DNA of 64,000 nt, taken from the NCBI GenBank assembly GCA_965197475.1, contig CBDANF010000003.1, forward strand, positions 2,272,001 to 2,336,000, read 5' to 3'. Under the pieces are notes generated by a model. That model was not told where the DNA came from. It did not search any database and saw nothing but the letters and a program-made list of their open reading frames with translations. Position numbers and translations under genes: made by a program. This document shows positions 41,666-51,608 of this stretch, piece after piece (position 1 is the first letter of the stretch; the number at the start of each line of letters is the position of its first letter). Source of the stretch: Candidatus Poribacteria bacterium (lineage in GTDB: Bacteria; Poribacteria; WGA-4E; WGA-3G).

Positions 41666-43201
41666 ATGAAACATATACGTCTAACAACCCTGATATTTGC
41701 CTTAATTGTGACGTTAGTTTTACGCGCTACTACTTATGCGCAAAACATTGAAGATGAAACGCATTGGAATCAGTTTCGCGGTCCGAATGGGAGCGGTGTG
41801 ATAAAAACTGCCGATATCCCAGTTCATTTTGGACCCGACACAAACATCTTATGGAAAAAGCAAATCGGTGGCGGGCAGTCGTCTCCTGTTATTTGGGGCA
41901 ACCGTATCTTTGTCACGACCTTTTCACCGGAAAATAGGGATCAACTTACAGTCGTTTGTCTTGATCGTCAGCAAGGAGACATTCTATGGCGTAAATCAAT
42001 CAGTTCCCGAAAGAACGCGCAGTATTTTCCGTTGCTGAACGGCCCCGCATCACCGACACCTATAGTTGACGATAAACACGTTTACGCCTACTTCGGCATC
42101 TACGGCATGCTCTGCTATACCCATGATGGGACTAAGGTTTGGGAACGTCAAATTGATCCGCCAGCAAGCCAATACGGGATGTCGGTCTCGCCGATACTTT
42201 ATAGAGACAAGGTTATCCTCGTTTTAGACGACAACAGAGGCAATTCACGACTTCTCGCGATGAATCGTGACACAGGTGACATCGCGTGGGAACAACCGAG
42301 CCCCTTATTCCGTGCAGGTTGGTCTACTCCAATGATCTGGGAACATAAATTCTGTGATGAACTTATCGTTCTGGGTTATAAGAAGTTGACTTCTTATAAT
42401 CCTGTTACTGGTGAAGAGATATGGTGGGCGGGTGGGTTTTCTGTCGAAACCATCGGTGTTCCTGTGGTAGGGGAAGGGCTTCTGTTTGTAAGTGATGCCG
42501 CTGCGGGTGGTCGCGGTGAAATCGAATGGGATGCAGAGTTGTCATGGAAAACTACACTTGAAGATTTTGACAAAAACCGAGACAACAAAATACAACGCGA
42601 AGAGATGGCAGACGGCTTTAGAATCCCTTTGCGAAGCGAATTGGAAAAGCACGAACTCGGAGCAGCGTATCCGATCGGGCCCCGGCAGGTCAGCGGTTGG
42701 TTCAAACACTTGGACAGAGACAAAGATGGTGTGCTGAGCAAAACAGACTGGCTGGAACTTATGTCCGAGTTTGCTATGGAAAGTCAACCGACGCTCATAG
42801 CGATAAAACCGGGCGCGGAAGGAAATGCGCGACCACTGAACGTGGCATGGGAAATACATAGTGGCATACCTGAAATACCATCGCCGCTTTATTGTCAAGG
42901 GAAAATTTACCTGCTGCGAAAAGGGGGTATTCTGACATGCATTCGGGCATCAGACGGTAATCAACTCTTCCGTGAACGAATCGGGGCAAGAGGTCAGTAT
43001 ATCGCTTCACCTATCGCTGCAGGAGACAAATTGATCACGGCTTCTCAACAAGGCACAGTCACGGTTATTCAAATTGGCGATACACTTGAAGTCCTCGCAA
43101 GAAATGATTTCGGAGAAGAGATTATCGCGACACCTGCAATTGCCGAAAACGCAATATATCTGCGAACCGTCAAACACTTATATGCCATCGGTAAAAAATA
43201 A
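41666..43201 (+). CDS. PQQ-like (BamB-type) beta-propeller with EF-hand insertion
   Basis: Signal peptide; WNQFRGPNGSG, SSPV, W-repeat blades; DKNRDNKIQREE and DRDKDGVLSKTD. Confidence 0.85.
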   Translation: MKHIRLTTLIFALIVTLVLRATTYAQNIEDETHWNQFRGPNGSGVIKTADIPVHFGPDTNILWKKQIGGGQSSPVIWGNRIFVTTFSPENRDQLTVVCLDRQQGDILWRKSISSRKNAQYFPLLNGPASPTPIVDDKHVYAYFGIYGMLCYTHDGTKVWERQIDPPASQYGMSVSPILYRDKVILVLDDNRGNSRLLAMNRDTGDIAWEQPSPLFRAGWSTPMIWEHKFCDELIVLGYKKLTSYNPVTGEEIWWAGGFSVETIGVPVVGEGLLFVSDAAAGGRGEIEWDAELSWKTTLEDFDKNRDNKIQREEMADGFRIPLRSELEKHELGAAYPIGPRQVSGWFKHLDRDKDGVLSKTDWLELMSEFAMESQPTLIAIKPGAEGNARPLNVAWEIHSGIPEIPSPLYCQGKIYLLRKGGILTCIRASDGNQLFRERIGARGQYIASPIAAGDKLITASQQGTVTVIQIGDTLEVLARNDFGEEIIATPAIAENAIYLRTVKHLYAIGKK

Positions 43202-43246
43202 TTAAGGGTGTTCATAAATACTTCAATGTTAATTGTGTGCTTAAAA

Positions 43247-43273
43247 GTAGTAGGCACGCTCCGCGTGCCGTAA
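43247..43273 (+). repeat. GTAG-type REP-like hairpin
   Basis: GTAGTAGGCACGCTCCGCGTGCCGTAA; degenerate copy at 57331-57355. Confidence 0.6.
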
Positions 43274-43383
43274 CCGAATTCAACGGAGCGCGTAATTACG
43301 CCTCTTTTTAACCTTTTGATGTAACATTTCTGGCTTCTGGATTAGGAAAACGGAAAACTGAATGGCTCGCTTCGCGGTGAACC

Positions 43384-43412
43384 TTGACATATTCCCCTGA
43401 GTACGCTACACT
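43384..43412 (+). promoter_or_regulatory. Sigma-70-type promoter
   Basis: TTGACA-N17-TACACT, then AGGAGG and ATG 43438. Confidence 0.6.
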
Positions 43413-43437
43413 GTATTTTAAGCAGGAGGGAAAACAC

Positions 43438-44085
43438 ATGGCTTTTAGTGATTTCAAAACAATCCCAGAAGTGTTAGAAAAATTCAGAATCACATACACA
43501 GTAAAAGATTTCGTCCGGATTGAGGAAAACTCATGCATCCCTTCAGAACAATTTTTGCAAGATTTTGAGTTTTGCACACAACATATTGATGTTTTTGCCT
43601 CCGAAGCAGCACGTTGTGAGGCTATTATCTTTCCGATTTTAAAGGAGGTCTACAAAGCCTACGCAGCCGATTACGCGCTCTGGATTAAGAAAGCCATCAC
43701 CTACGATGAAACACTAAGCGGAACACCTGATTACCTCATCTCCACACGGTCTGAGTTAGGCATCCCTGTTGTTGGAATACCGCTGATCATCCTTGTTGAA
43801 GCAAAGAAGAACGATTTTGATCAAGGTTGGGGACAATGCATAGCGGAGATGCTCGCTGCGCAAAAGATAAATGGGGATCCCGACACTCCGGTTTACGGAA
43901 TTGTAAGCGACGGGACAACCTGGCAATTTGGACTACTCCTTGATGATGCCTTCACTCGAAACAGAGCAAGTGTGACAATGGATAATTTGCCCCGCCTCTT
44001 CGGGGCAATTGATGCTGTCTTCAAGGCGAGCTGCAATGGACATCGCGCGCATACGCCGCAAGAGAATATATCCTCAGATTTGTAG
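43438..44085 (+). CDS. PD-(D/E)xK restriction-endonuclease-like protein (same family as 19405..20010)
   Basis: EAARCE, GTPDY, LVEAKK, GWGQCIAEMLAAQKIN, YGIVSDG..W.FG. Confidence 0.72.
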   Translation: MAFSDFKTIPEVLEKFRITYTVKDFVRIEENSCIPSEQFLQDFEFCTQHIDVFASEAARCEAIIFPILKEVYKAYAADYALWIKKAITYDETLSGTPDYLISTRSELGIPVVGIPLIILVEAKKNDFDQGWGQCIAEMLAAQKINGDPDTPVYGIVSDGTTWQFGLLLDDAFTRNRASVTMDNLPRLFGAIDAVFKASCNGHRAHTPQENISSDL

Positions 44086-44233
44086 GAACTGAATGCCTGC
44101 AGCGGTAGCGTTAACTGTAAGCACTTTTACACCGAATCTAAATTAAAAATATGGGACGGACCTGGTTAGATGATGGAGATCCGATCTTCCACATTTCCAC
44201 ACCTTCTACCTCTTTTCACAAAAAGGAAATCTT

Positions 44234-45256
44234 ATGCAATCAACACCACAACACACTGACGCAATGGATGCCGACGACGTTGCTGCCATTGATGATCTTC
44301 GCGATGTCTACGACCAATTAAAAAAATCACTTGCCAAGATCATCATCGGTCAGGAGCAAGTCATTGAAAACTTATCAATCTGCCTGTTTTCGCAAGGGCA
44401 TGCCCTATTGATGGGTGTCCCCGGCTTGGCGAAAACACTTTTAGTACGCCGGTTTGCCGAAACCATGGCATTGAAGTTCAGACGAATCCAATTCACACCT
44501 GACCTCATGCCGATGGACATCACCGGCACAGACATCCTGCAAGAAATTCCGGGCGGTAGACGCGAGTTTGAGTTCGTAAAAGGCCCGCTGTTTGCCAACC
44601 TTATTCTCGCTGATGAGATTAACCGCGCCCCTTCCAAAACACAAGCCGCAATGCTTGAGGCGATGCAGGAACACAAAATCACGGTAATCGGTAGAACTTA
44701 TCAACTGGATCCCCCATTTTTTGTGTTAGCAACGCAAAATCCGATTGAACAGGAAGGGACATATCCGTTGCCGGAAGCACAATTAGACCGATTTATGTTC
44801 AGAATTGAGGTGGACTATCCGTCACGATCTGAAGAAATCGAAATTGCTCGAACAACAACCGGTATGTCACTTCCTACGTTAGAACACGTCCTGACAGGTG
44901 AACGGGTCATTGCATTTCAAAACCTTGTTCGGCGCGTCCCCGTGTCCGAGCACATCTATGAATTTGCCGTTGACTTAGCACGTAGCACACGACCGAAAGG
45001 CGACGCAGCACCCGATTGGCTGAAACCGCTCGTTGCTTGGGGTGCCGGTCCACGTGCTGTCCAATACCTAATACTCGGTGCTAAGGCACGCGCCGCACTC
45101 AGCGGTAGCTACATGGCACGGCTTGAAGATGTGACCGCAGTTGCAAATCCAGTGCTGGCACATCGCGTTATTACTTCCTTCGCTGCCGAATCCGAGAATA
45201 TTACCAGCCAAGATATCGTTGAACGCCTCGTTGAAGAGCTTTCTGAGCAAGGGTAA
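44234..45256 (+). CDS. moxR: MoxR-family AAA+ ATPase
   Basis: GVPGLAKT, RIQFTPDLMP, DEINRA, ATQNPIEQEGTYPLPEAQLDRF. Confidence 0.95.
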   Translation: MQSTPQHTDAMDADDVAAIDDLRDVYDQLKKSLAKIIIGQEQVIENLSICLFSQGHALLMGVPGLAKTLLVRRFAETMALKFRRIQFTPDLMPMDITGTDILQEIPGGRREFEFVKGPLFANLILADEINRAPSKTQAAMLEAMQEHKITVIGRTYQLDPPFFVLATQNPIEQEGTYPLPEAQLDRFMFRIEVDYPSRSEEIEIARTTTGMSLPTLEHVLTGERVIAFQNLVRRVPVSEHIYEFAVDLARSTRPKGDAAPDWLKPLVAWGAGPRAVQYLILGAKARAALSGSYMARLEDVTAVANPVLAHRVITSFAAESENITSQDIVERLVEELSEQG

Positions 45257-45259
45257 AAC

Positions 45260-46165
45260 ATGGCACTGCAACTCAAACGGGATTACCTCAATCAGAAAGT
45301 GTTAGAACGGCTTTCTACGCTTCAACTGCACGCTCGGTTGCCGATGATAGGAAGCGTATCCGGCAAACATCGCAGTCCTATTCGCGGTTCAAGTCTTGAG
45401 TTCGCGGAGTACCGTAAGTACGTGCCGGGTGATGACACACGGCGACTCGATTGGCGGGCTTATGCCCGTAATGATCGATACTACATCAAGGAATTTGAGG
45501 CAGATACGAACCTGCGCATGTGTTTAATCGTTGATACCAGCGGCTCAATGGGGTTCGCTCACAACGGCACGAGCAAACTTGACTATGCACGACGTATCGG
45601 CGGCACCTTAGCCTATATCGCCGCGCTTCAAGGCGATGCGGTCGGACTCTACTGTGCGGGCACACAGTTTCAAAAGGAGATCCCGCCTAAACGGAGTGCG
45701 ACACACCTGAGTGTGGTACTTGATGAACTTGGAGCAGTTGAACCGACTGGTGAGACCGGATTGGCAGATGTTCTTCACGAAACCGCCGAACGTGTCCCAC
45801 AGCGCGCACTGATTGTCATCATCTCAGATCTTTTCATTGAACCAGAAGTGGCGCGGAACTGTTTTGAGCACCTACGATTCCGTAAACACGATGTAGCAGT
45901 GTTCCATCTTATAGAACAGAACGAACTGGATTTTGAGTTTGATCGTCCAATGCGCTTTGTTGATATGGAGGGTGGCGAACCTATATTGGCAGACCCACTC
46001 ATTGTTGGCACACAATATCGCCGCGCCCTTGAAGTATATCTCGAAAGTATGAACGAGGTCATCCGAGACACCGAAATTGATTATCATCGTGTCTGCATCC
46101 ATGAGGACTACGGCGACGTATTGGCAAAATTCCTATTAGGGCGAACACCAAAAAAGCGTAAGTAA
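45260..46165 (+). CDS. DUF58 (vWA-like) protein
   Basis: G.S.EFAEYRKY.PGDD.R.LDW; DTSGSM; ISDL. Confidence 0.92.
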   Translation: MALQLKRDYLNQKVLERLSTLQLHARLPMIGSVSGKHRSPIRGSSLEFAEYRKYVPGDDTRRLDWRAYARNDRYYIKEFEADTNLRMCLIVDTSGSMGFAHNGTSKLDYARRIGGTLAYIAALQGDAVGLYCAGTQFQKEIPPKRSATHLSVVLDELGAVEPTGETGLADVLHETAERVPQRALIVIISDLFIEPEVARNCFEHLRFRKHDVAVFHLIEQNELDFEFDRPMRFVDMEGGEPILADPLIVGTQYRRALEVYLESMNEVIRDTEIDYHRVCIHEDYGDVLAKFLLGRTPKKRK

Positions 46166-46171
46166 GGCTTT

Positions 46172-46202
46172 TAGCTATCGGCATTCGGCTGTCGGCTTTC
46201 AG
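46172..46202. repeat. Degenerate heptamer tandem repeat (GCTATCG-type)
   Basis: gctatcg-gcattcg-gctgtcg-gctttca; related inverted arrays at ~41645-41665 and ~53853-53877. Confidence 0.55.
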
Positions 46203-46328
46203 AGAAGACTGGCCTCCGTAAGCCAATAGTTATCTAAAGAATACTATCGTTTGGACAATTAACAAGTTATTCAAGTTGACTTGTTGAGATACTGTGAGGT
46301 GTGTCCAGTCAAAATGCTGGACACCTGT

Positions 46329-46392
46329 CGCCCCGCTGGGCTCAGTATCCTGGAACACCGCTTTTCTATAAACATTCCGCCCTGCTGGGGCT
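46329..46392 (+). repeat. Two REP-like CGCCCCGCTGGGGCT-type hairpins
   Basis: cgccccgctgggct (46329-46342) and cgccctgctggggct (46378-46392). Confidence 0.55.
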
Positions 46393-46413
46393 GCTCAAAA
46401 GTATTTTTCTACT

Positions 46414-48423
46414 ATGAATTTTCTACAACCTTTTGCATTAATAGCACTTCCCTTGATGTTGCTACCTGTAATCATTCATCTCATCAATCAACAGCGGCAT
46501 CGTACTGTCCCTTGGGCAGCGATGATGTTCCTGATGACTGCGAAACGTATGAGCAAAGGCATGGCACGTCTTCGCCATATTCTTATATTGCTGATGCGCG
46601 TACTTGCGATTGCAGCTCTGATTTTTGCCATTAGTAGACCACTTTCTGGTGGATGGTTAGGGAGTATTGGATTAGCGAAACCAGACGTAACTATGGTGCT
46701 GCTTGACCGATCCGCCAGTATGGAAACGCAAGACCTACAAGCAGGTGAGTCGAAAAGATCCACAGCACTAAAACGGCTTGCACAGTTACTGGAGCAAGGC
46801 GATTACGGAACGCATTTAATTCTGATTGATAGTGCCACTGGACAGCTGCAGGAAGTAGATTCACCGAAAGCGTTATTGAGCATACCTATGACCGAATTGA
46901 GTGCCACGAGTGCCAATATTCCGGGCATGCTTGAATCCGCTTTAACCTACCTCAAGGCAAACAATTCTGGACGTGCCGATGTCTGGCTCTGCTCCGATCT
47001 TCATGAAAACGATTGGGCTGTTGACAGCGGGCGTTGGGATGCAATACGCGGGGAATTTGCGCAGCTAGACGGTGTACATCATTTCTTGCTTGCATATTCA
47101 ACACCATCTTCAAACAATTTATCGGTGAGAGTAGAAAACGTTGAGCGGTGGCAACGCGGCAACGAGGCGGAACTCATTCTTGATGTGATGGTTCGCACTG
47201 AAGGCAGCAATACCGCAATACGAGACGTGCCGATTGAGTTTGAAGTCAACAACGTTCGCTCTGTGGTAGAAGTTGAACTTGATACACGCGGGGCATCTTT
47301 GCAAGGACATCGTATCCCAATTGATGGCACGCTCACTTCGGGATGGGGATCCGTAGGGTTGCCGGGTGATGCGAATCCGTTGGACAATCGATTTTTCTTT
47401 GTGTTTTCAGAATCGCCGGTGCGAAGATCGGTTATCGTTAGTGATGACGCAAGAACTGGCGAAGCGTTTCGTCGCGCACTCACCATTCCAACAGATGCTC
47501 GACTTCAACATCAAGCAGACGTGATTTCCGTGAACCGCGTTGGAGAGATTGATTGGGAAAGGACAGGATTATTGATCTGGCAGGCAGCCTTGCCTAAAGG
47601 GTTGGTTGCGGAACAGATTCAGAATTTCGTCAATAGCGGACGTGTTGCTATCTTCTTCCCACCAAATCAGCATGCTGGTGATCAGATATTTGACTCGCGT
47701 TGGAACGACTGGCAGACACCTGATGATGAGCAAATTTCCCAGATTTCGTGGTGGCGTGGCGATGCGGATCTGCTGGCGCATGTAAATAGTGGTAACCCTT
47801 TGCCTTTGAACGAACTACGCACCTACCAATATCGTGCCCTTGAGAGCACTGGAACAACGTTAGCGAAGTTTGGCAACGATGCGCCGCTGCTAACCCGTAT
47901 AAATACTGACCGCGGCGCAGTTTATTTCTGTAGTACACTACCTACAGCGCAATTCTCATCTTTTGAACGGGACGGTGTTGTGTTTTATGTGATGTTGCAG
48001 CGTGCATTAGCAGATGGTTGTCGTGTATTGACAGAAGCATCTCAACGCGACGCAGCACCTGACGTGCTCGTAGACCGTGAACAATGGAAGGCGGTTGCAC
48101 CTGAAGAGAACGCTACATCCCTTTCACAACGCGGATTACATGCTGGAGTCTACCGAGACGAGGCGTATTGGGTAGCCGTAAACCGTAGTCACGCTGAAGA
48201 CACCGCAAAAGCAGCACCTGTTGATGCAGTTGACACACTATTTGATGGATTGTCGTATCGAAGAATAGATGTAGAAGTCGGAGATACCTCCTCCTTAGCC
48301 AGCGAACTTTGGCGCACCTTTCTCATTGCGATGGCGTTAGCACTCATTGTGGAAGCAGTGCTGAGTTTGCCGAGTAAGAAAGCTGAAGCTAATCCTGTGG
48401 CAGATTTTGCAACAGCGGATTGA
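46414..48423 (+). CDS. BatA N-terminal plus vWA domain membrane protein
   Basis: LPVIIHLI...WAAMMFL...R.LAI...RP; DRSASM; C-terminal TM ELWR...VEA. Confidence 0.85.
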   Translation: MNFLQPFALIALPLMLLPVIIHLINQQRHRTVPWAAMMFLMTAKRMSKGMARLRHILILLMRVLAIAALIFAISRPLSGGWLGSIGLAKPDVTMVLLDRSASMETQDLQAGESKRSTALKRLAQLLEQGDYGTHLILIDSATGQLQEVDSPKALLSIPMTELSATSANIPGMLESALTYLKANNSGRADVWLCSDLHENDWAVDSGRWDAIRGEFAQLDGVHHFLLAYSTPSSNNLSVRVENVERWQRGNEAELILDVMVRTEGSNTAIRDVPIEFEVNNVRSVVEVELDTRGASLQGHRIPIDGTLTSGWGSVGLPGDANPLDNRFFFVFSESPVRRSVIVSDDARTGEAFRRALTIPTDARLQHQADVISVNRVGEIDWERTGLLIWQAALPKGLVAEQIQNFVNSGRVAIFFPPNQHAGDQIFDSRWNDWQTPDDEQISQISWWRGDADLLAHVNSGNPLPLNELRTYQYRALESTGTTLAKFGNDAPLLTRINTDRGAVYFCSTLPTAQFSSFERDGVVFYVMLQRALADGCRVLTEASQRDAAPDVLVDREQWKAVAPEENATSLSQRGLHAGVYRDEAYWVAVNRSHAEDTAKAAPVDAVDTLFDGLSYRRIDVEVGDTSSLASELWRTFLIAMALALIVEAVLSLPSKKAEANPVADFATAD

Positions 48424-48459
48424 AGATCGGAATAGTATTCTGTTTCGATAGACATTATA

Positions 48460-48488
48460 TTGACTTCTTATTGTGAAACAAGTATAAT
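48460..48488 (+). promoter_or_regulatory. Near-consensus sigma-70 promoter for the inserted RM gene
   Basis: TTGACT-N17-TATAAT. Confidence 0.65.
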
Positions 48489-48588
48489 TTGTTATATATA
48501 ATTTTACAATTAGATTATTGTTGCGTTTCCGCTTTTACAATAGTGGTAACAGGACAGAATCTCCACAGAAAACAGATCACGAAAAACT

Positions 48589-51540
48589 ATGTCAAACAAA
48601 GAAGACCTTATCACAACAGCATTCGTTAAAGTGCTCCGTCCGATGCGGCACGGATGGACGCTCACCCAACATCCATCAGCACCGTTCATTGAAAATGACA
48701 GGGAGCCCGATGTCATCGTCACTGAACCGAAACGAAATCCCATTGCTATTGAAGACAAAGTTGACAATCAACGCAGTGCTGACCTTAGTGGTGAAAAACA
48801 ACTTAAGGACTTCTACCTCGGCAAAACACTTGAGACCATAGGACATACAATTCACACTGGCATCGCCGTTCGATTTCCCTACAGATTCAGAACGATGGAA
48901 CAAGCTGGACTTGATGAAAAAATGAAAGAAGCAGTGGATATCGCTTACTGCCTACTTAGTATAGATAAACCTTATCGTTTTCCCAAAGAAGGTTGGTTAA
49001 CAGGCAGCATAGCAGACATCGCTACCGCTATCCGTGTCGAAGCAACTCCTATTTCAAAAATCGAGGAGGCTGTCCAAACGCTTAAAAACGGTGTCAACCA
49101 CGCTGCAATGCGTGCTGAACAAACTATTGAAGAGCGGCCTGATCTTGGAAAACAGATTGCCAAGATTCTCTATCAAGAGCCCGGTAAGCAAACGATACAG
49201 ATGGCAATGCTAATCATTGGAAATGCCTTTGTGTTCCAGAGTCTTCTTGCACATAGACCCGATATGAAAACTGTGCCAAGTCTCAGTGAAATCAACGAAG
49301 AATATGGAAAACTGTCTGTCTCGGAAGTCTTAAAAGTCTGGGGACATATTCAAAAAATCAACTATACCCCTATTTTCGGTGTAGCCGACCGACTTGTTCG
49401 CGTTCTCAGCGGTGATGACCAATTAGTTGGTGATGTATTGCGTATTTTGCGAAAAACTGCTCTTACCCTACAAAACATGGGGCTTGCTCATGAGCATGAA
49501 CTCGCGGGGATTGCATTCCAAGATTTTATCAAAGATCGGAAAACTATCAAGGCTAACTACACACGCCCCGAATCGTCTACGCTCCTCTGTGCGCTTGTCT
49601 TACCAGAACTAAAGCAAAAAGCGAAAAATATCAAGGTCGCGGACTTTGCTTGCGGCACTGGTACACTCCTTAACGGTATGTACCAATGCATCCTTAACTT
49701 TCACGAACAATCAGGTGGTAAAGGGGAAGACATCCACAAACACATGGTAGAGAAAAATCTCCTCGGTTGTGACATCCTTCCCAATGCTACACACCTCACT
49801 GTTTCTATTATTGCTGGCACTTATCCTGACATCCGCATTGGCGACACCCGTATCAAAACAATGGCTTATGGAACACCACATGGCGATGGAAGTTACGCAA
49901 TCGGAGCACTTGATCTACTCAACAACCCAGAGCAAGCTACTCTTCTTGACTTAGAAAAAGTTGAAGCTGTGAGTGGAATCGGAAATCGATCCGAACCGCT
50001 TCGTAAGCAATTTAAGCCTCATGAATTTGACATAGTGATTCAAAATCCACCGTTTACTCGAATAGGTGCGGATAACAACTCGGATACGCCAAAGCACATT
50101 TTTGCTGATAAGAAAGTGGCTGAGGAGATGCGCAAAGCACTCAAAGGTCAAAAAAGCAGAATTGGTCATGGGCAAGCAGGTCTCGGTTCTTACTTCGTTG
50201 ATCTTGCAGACAAAATGCTTAAACACAAAGGAAGAATGGGAATTGTGCTTCCCGCGGCAGCACCGGCTACTACTAGTTGGCGCAAAGTTAGAGCTCTCTT
50301 TGCTCAAGAATACCACGGTGTAGTTGTTGTCACAATTGCTGACCCTGATATTAAAAAATGTTCTTTTTCTGCAGACACAAAAATCGCTGAATGTCTCATC
50401 ATTGCTACAAAGGGAAAATCAACTGACACGGGCCGTGGAACCTTTGTTTGTCTACGTCGTCGCCCAAATAGTGAATTAGAAGCTCTGGAAATTGCAAAGC
50501 AGATTAATCAACTCAAAGAAATCCGTCAACTTGAAGATGGCACTGTCGGAGGAAATTCAATCAAGGTTGGTGATGAAATTGTTGGACACGCAGTAAACGC
50601 GCCCCTTACTCAAGTAAATGACTCCTGGCCTGTAACACGAGTGAAAGATTTGGTTGTAGTCCAATCCGCCCACCAACTCATTAATAGTCAATTGTGGCTT
50701 TCACATCAAGACAAACCTGTTAAGCTTCCAATTTGCTCCCTCTCTAAAATTGCTACGATTGGTAAGAGGATTTTGGATATAAAAGATGACGCTGGAGGAA
50801 AAGCTTTTGATGTTGAAAAAGGGAGCATTGAAACAGCAGATTATCCATGTTTGTGGCATGTAAAGTCCGAAATTCAGAGAGCAATGGTCGTTGTTCCTGA
50901 TGCTCACGCTTTACCCCGGCCAAATGCGATTGAAAAGGTTGCAGAAATAAAAACATGGAATGGTAGGTGTCACTACAACAGTTGTATACAATTTAATGCT
51001 AATTCTCTTGTCGTAATGTTTACTGAACAAAATACGATAGGAGTAGCTCTAATTCCAAACGTTGTTTTTAAAAACAAAAATTATGATTATGCGTGGACAC
51101 TTTGGGGGAATTCAACCTTGGGTTTGTTATGCCATTGGATGCATTGTGGTAAACAACAAGAAGGACGGGGAATTATTAGAAAAGAGTCGCTAAGTTCTTT
51201 GCCTACTTTAGATGTTCGTAAGCTCAATCCGTTTCAGTTAGCAATGGCAGAGTCTATTTTCCATGAATTAAAACACAAGCGCATGCTTCCGTTCAACGAA
51301 ATGGTAGATGATCCAGTACGCCAAGAACTTGATCGACGGTTGTTATCTGAAGTCCTTGGTTTTAAAAAAGATACCTATCCAGATGTACATAAGGGTATGG
51401 ATCTCCTTCGTGCCAAATTGTGCGCTGAACCCAGCATCTATGGAACTAAAAATTCGAAAAGTGATTTGGAGGCGGAAGCACAAAAGCTTGAACTTCAGGA
51501 CGAAAACCTAGCTCCAGTGCAAGATGAGTTATTCCTATAA
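48589..51540 (+). CDS. Type IIG-like single-chain restriction endonuclease/N6-adenine methyltransferase
   Basis: N-terminal PDVIV..IEDK; YTRP, DFACGTG, QNPPF; C-terminal TRD-like region. Confidence 0.8.
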   Translation: MSNKEDLITTAFVKVLRPMRHGWTLTQHPSAPFIENDREPDVIVTEPKRNPIAIEDKVDNQRSADLSGEKQLKDFYLGKTLETIGHTIHTGIAVRFPYRFRTMEQAGLDEKMKEAVDIAYCLLSIDKPYRFPKEGWLTGSIADIATAIRVEATPISKIEEAVQTLKNGVNHAAMRAEQTIEERPDLGKQIAKILYQEPGKQTIQMAMLIIGNAFVFQSLLAHRPDMKTVPSLSEINEEYGKLSVSEVLKVWGHIQKINYTPIFGVADRLVRVLSGDDQLVGDVLRILRKTALTLQNMGLAHEHELAGIAFQDFIKDRKTIKANYTRPESSTLLCALVLPELKQKAKNIKVADFACGTGTLLNGMYQCILNFHEQSGGKGEDIHKHMVEKNLLGCDILPNATHLTVSIIAGTYPDIRIGDTRIKTMAYGTPHGDGSYAIGALDLLNNPEQATLLDLEKVEAVSGIGNRSEPLRKQFKPHEFDIVIQNPPFTRIGADNNSDTPKHIFADKKVAEEMRKALKGQKSRIGHGQAGLGSYFVDLADKMLKHKGRMGIVLPAAAPATTSWRKVRALFAQEYHGVVVVTIADPDIKKCSFSADTKIAECLIIATKGKSTDTGRGTFVCLRRRPNSELEALEIAKQINQLKEIRQLEDGTVGGNSIKVGDEIVGHAVNAPLTQVNDSWPVTRVKDLVVVQSAHQLINSQLWLSHQDKPVKLPICSLSKIATIGKRILDIKDDAGGKAFDVEKGSIETADYPCLWHVKSEIQRAMVVVPDAHALPRPNAIEKVAEIKTWNGRCHYNSCIQFNANSLVVMFTEQNTIGVALIPNVVFKNKNYDYAWTLWGNSTLGLLCHWMHCGKQQEGRGIIRKESLSSLPTLDVRKLNPFQLAMAESIFHELKHKRMLPFNEMVDDPVRQELDRRLLSEVLGFKKDTYPDVHKGMDLLRAKLCAEPSIYGTKNSKSDLEAEAQKLELQDENLAPVQDELFL

Positions 51541-51608
51541 CCTAATCTTTAATACACCACGTAATCTATAAAAAAAGAGTTTTAGCACACTCGGAGACCT
51601 AACAAAAA

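Noticed and set aside
46281-46634. 117-aa Cys-rich ORF
   Set aside because: Runs through REP-like repeats and overlaps the BatA gene out of frame
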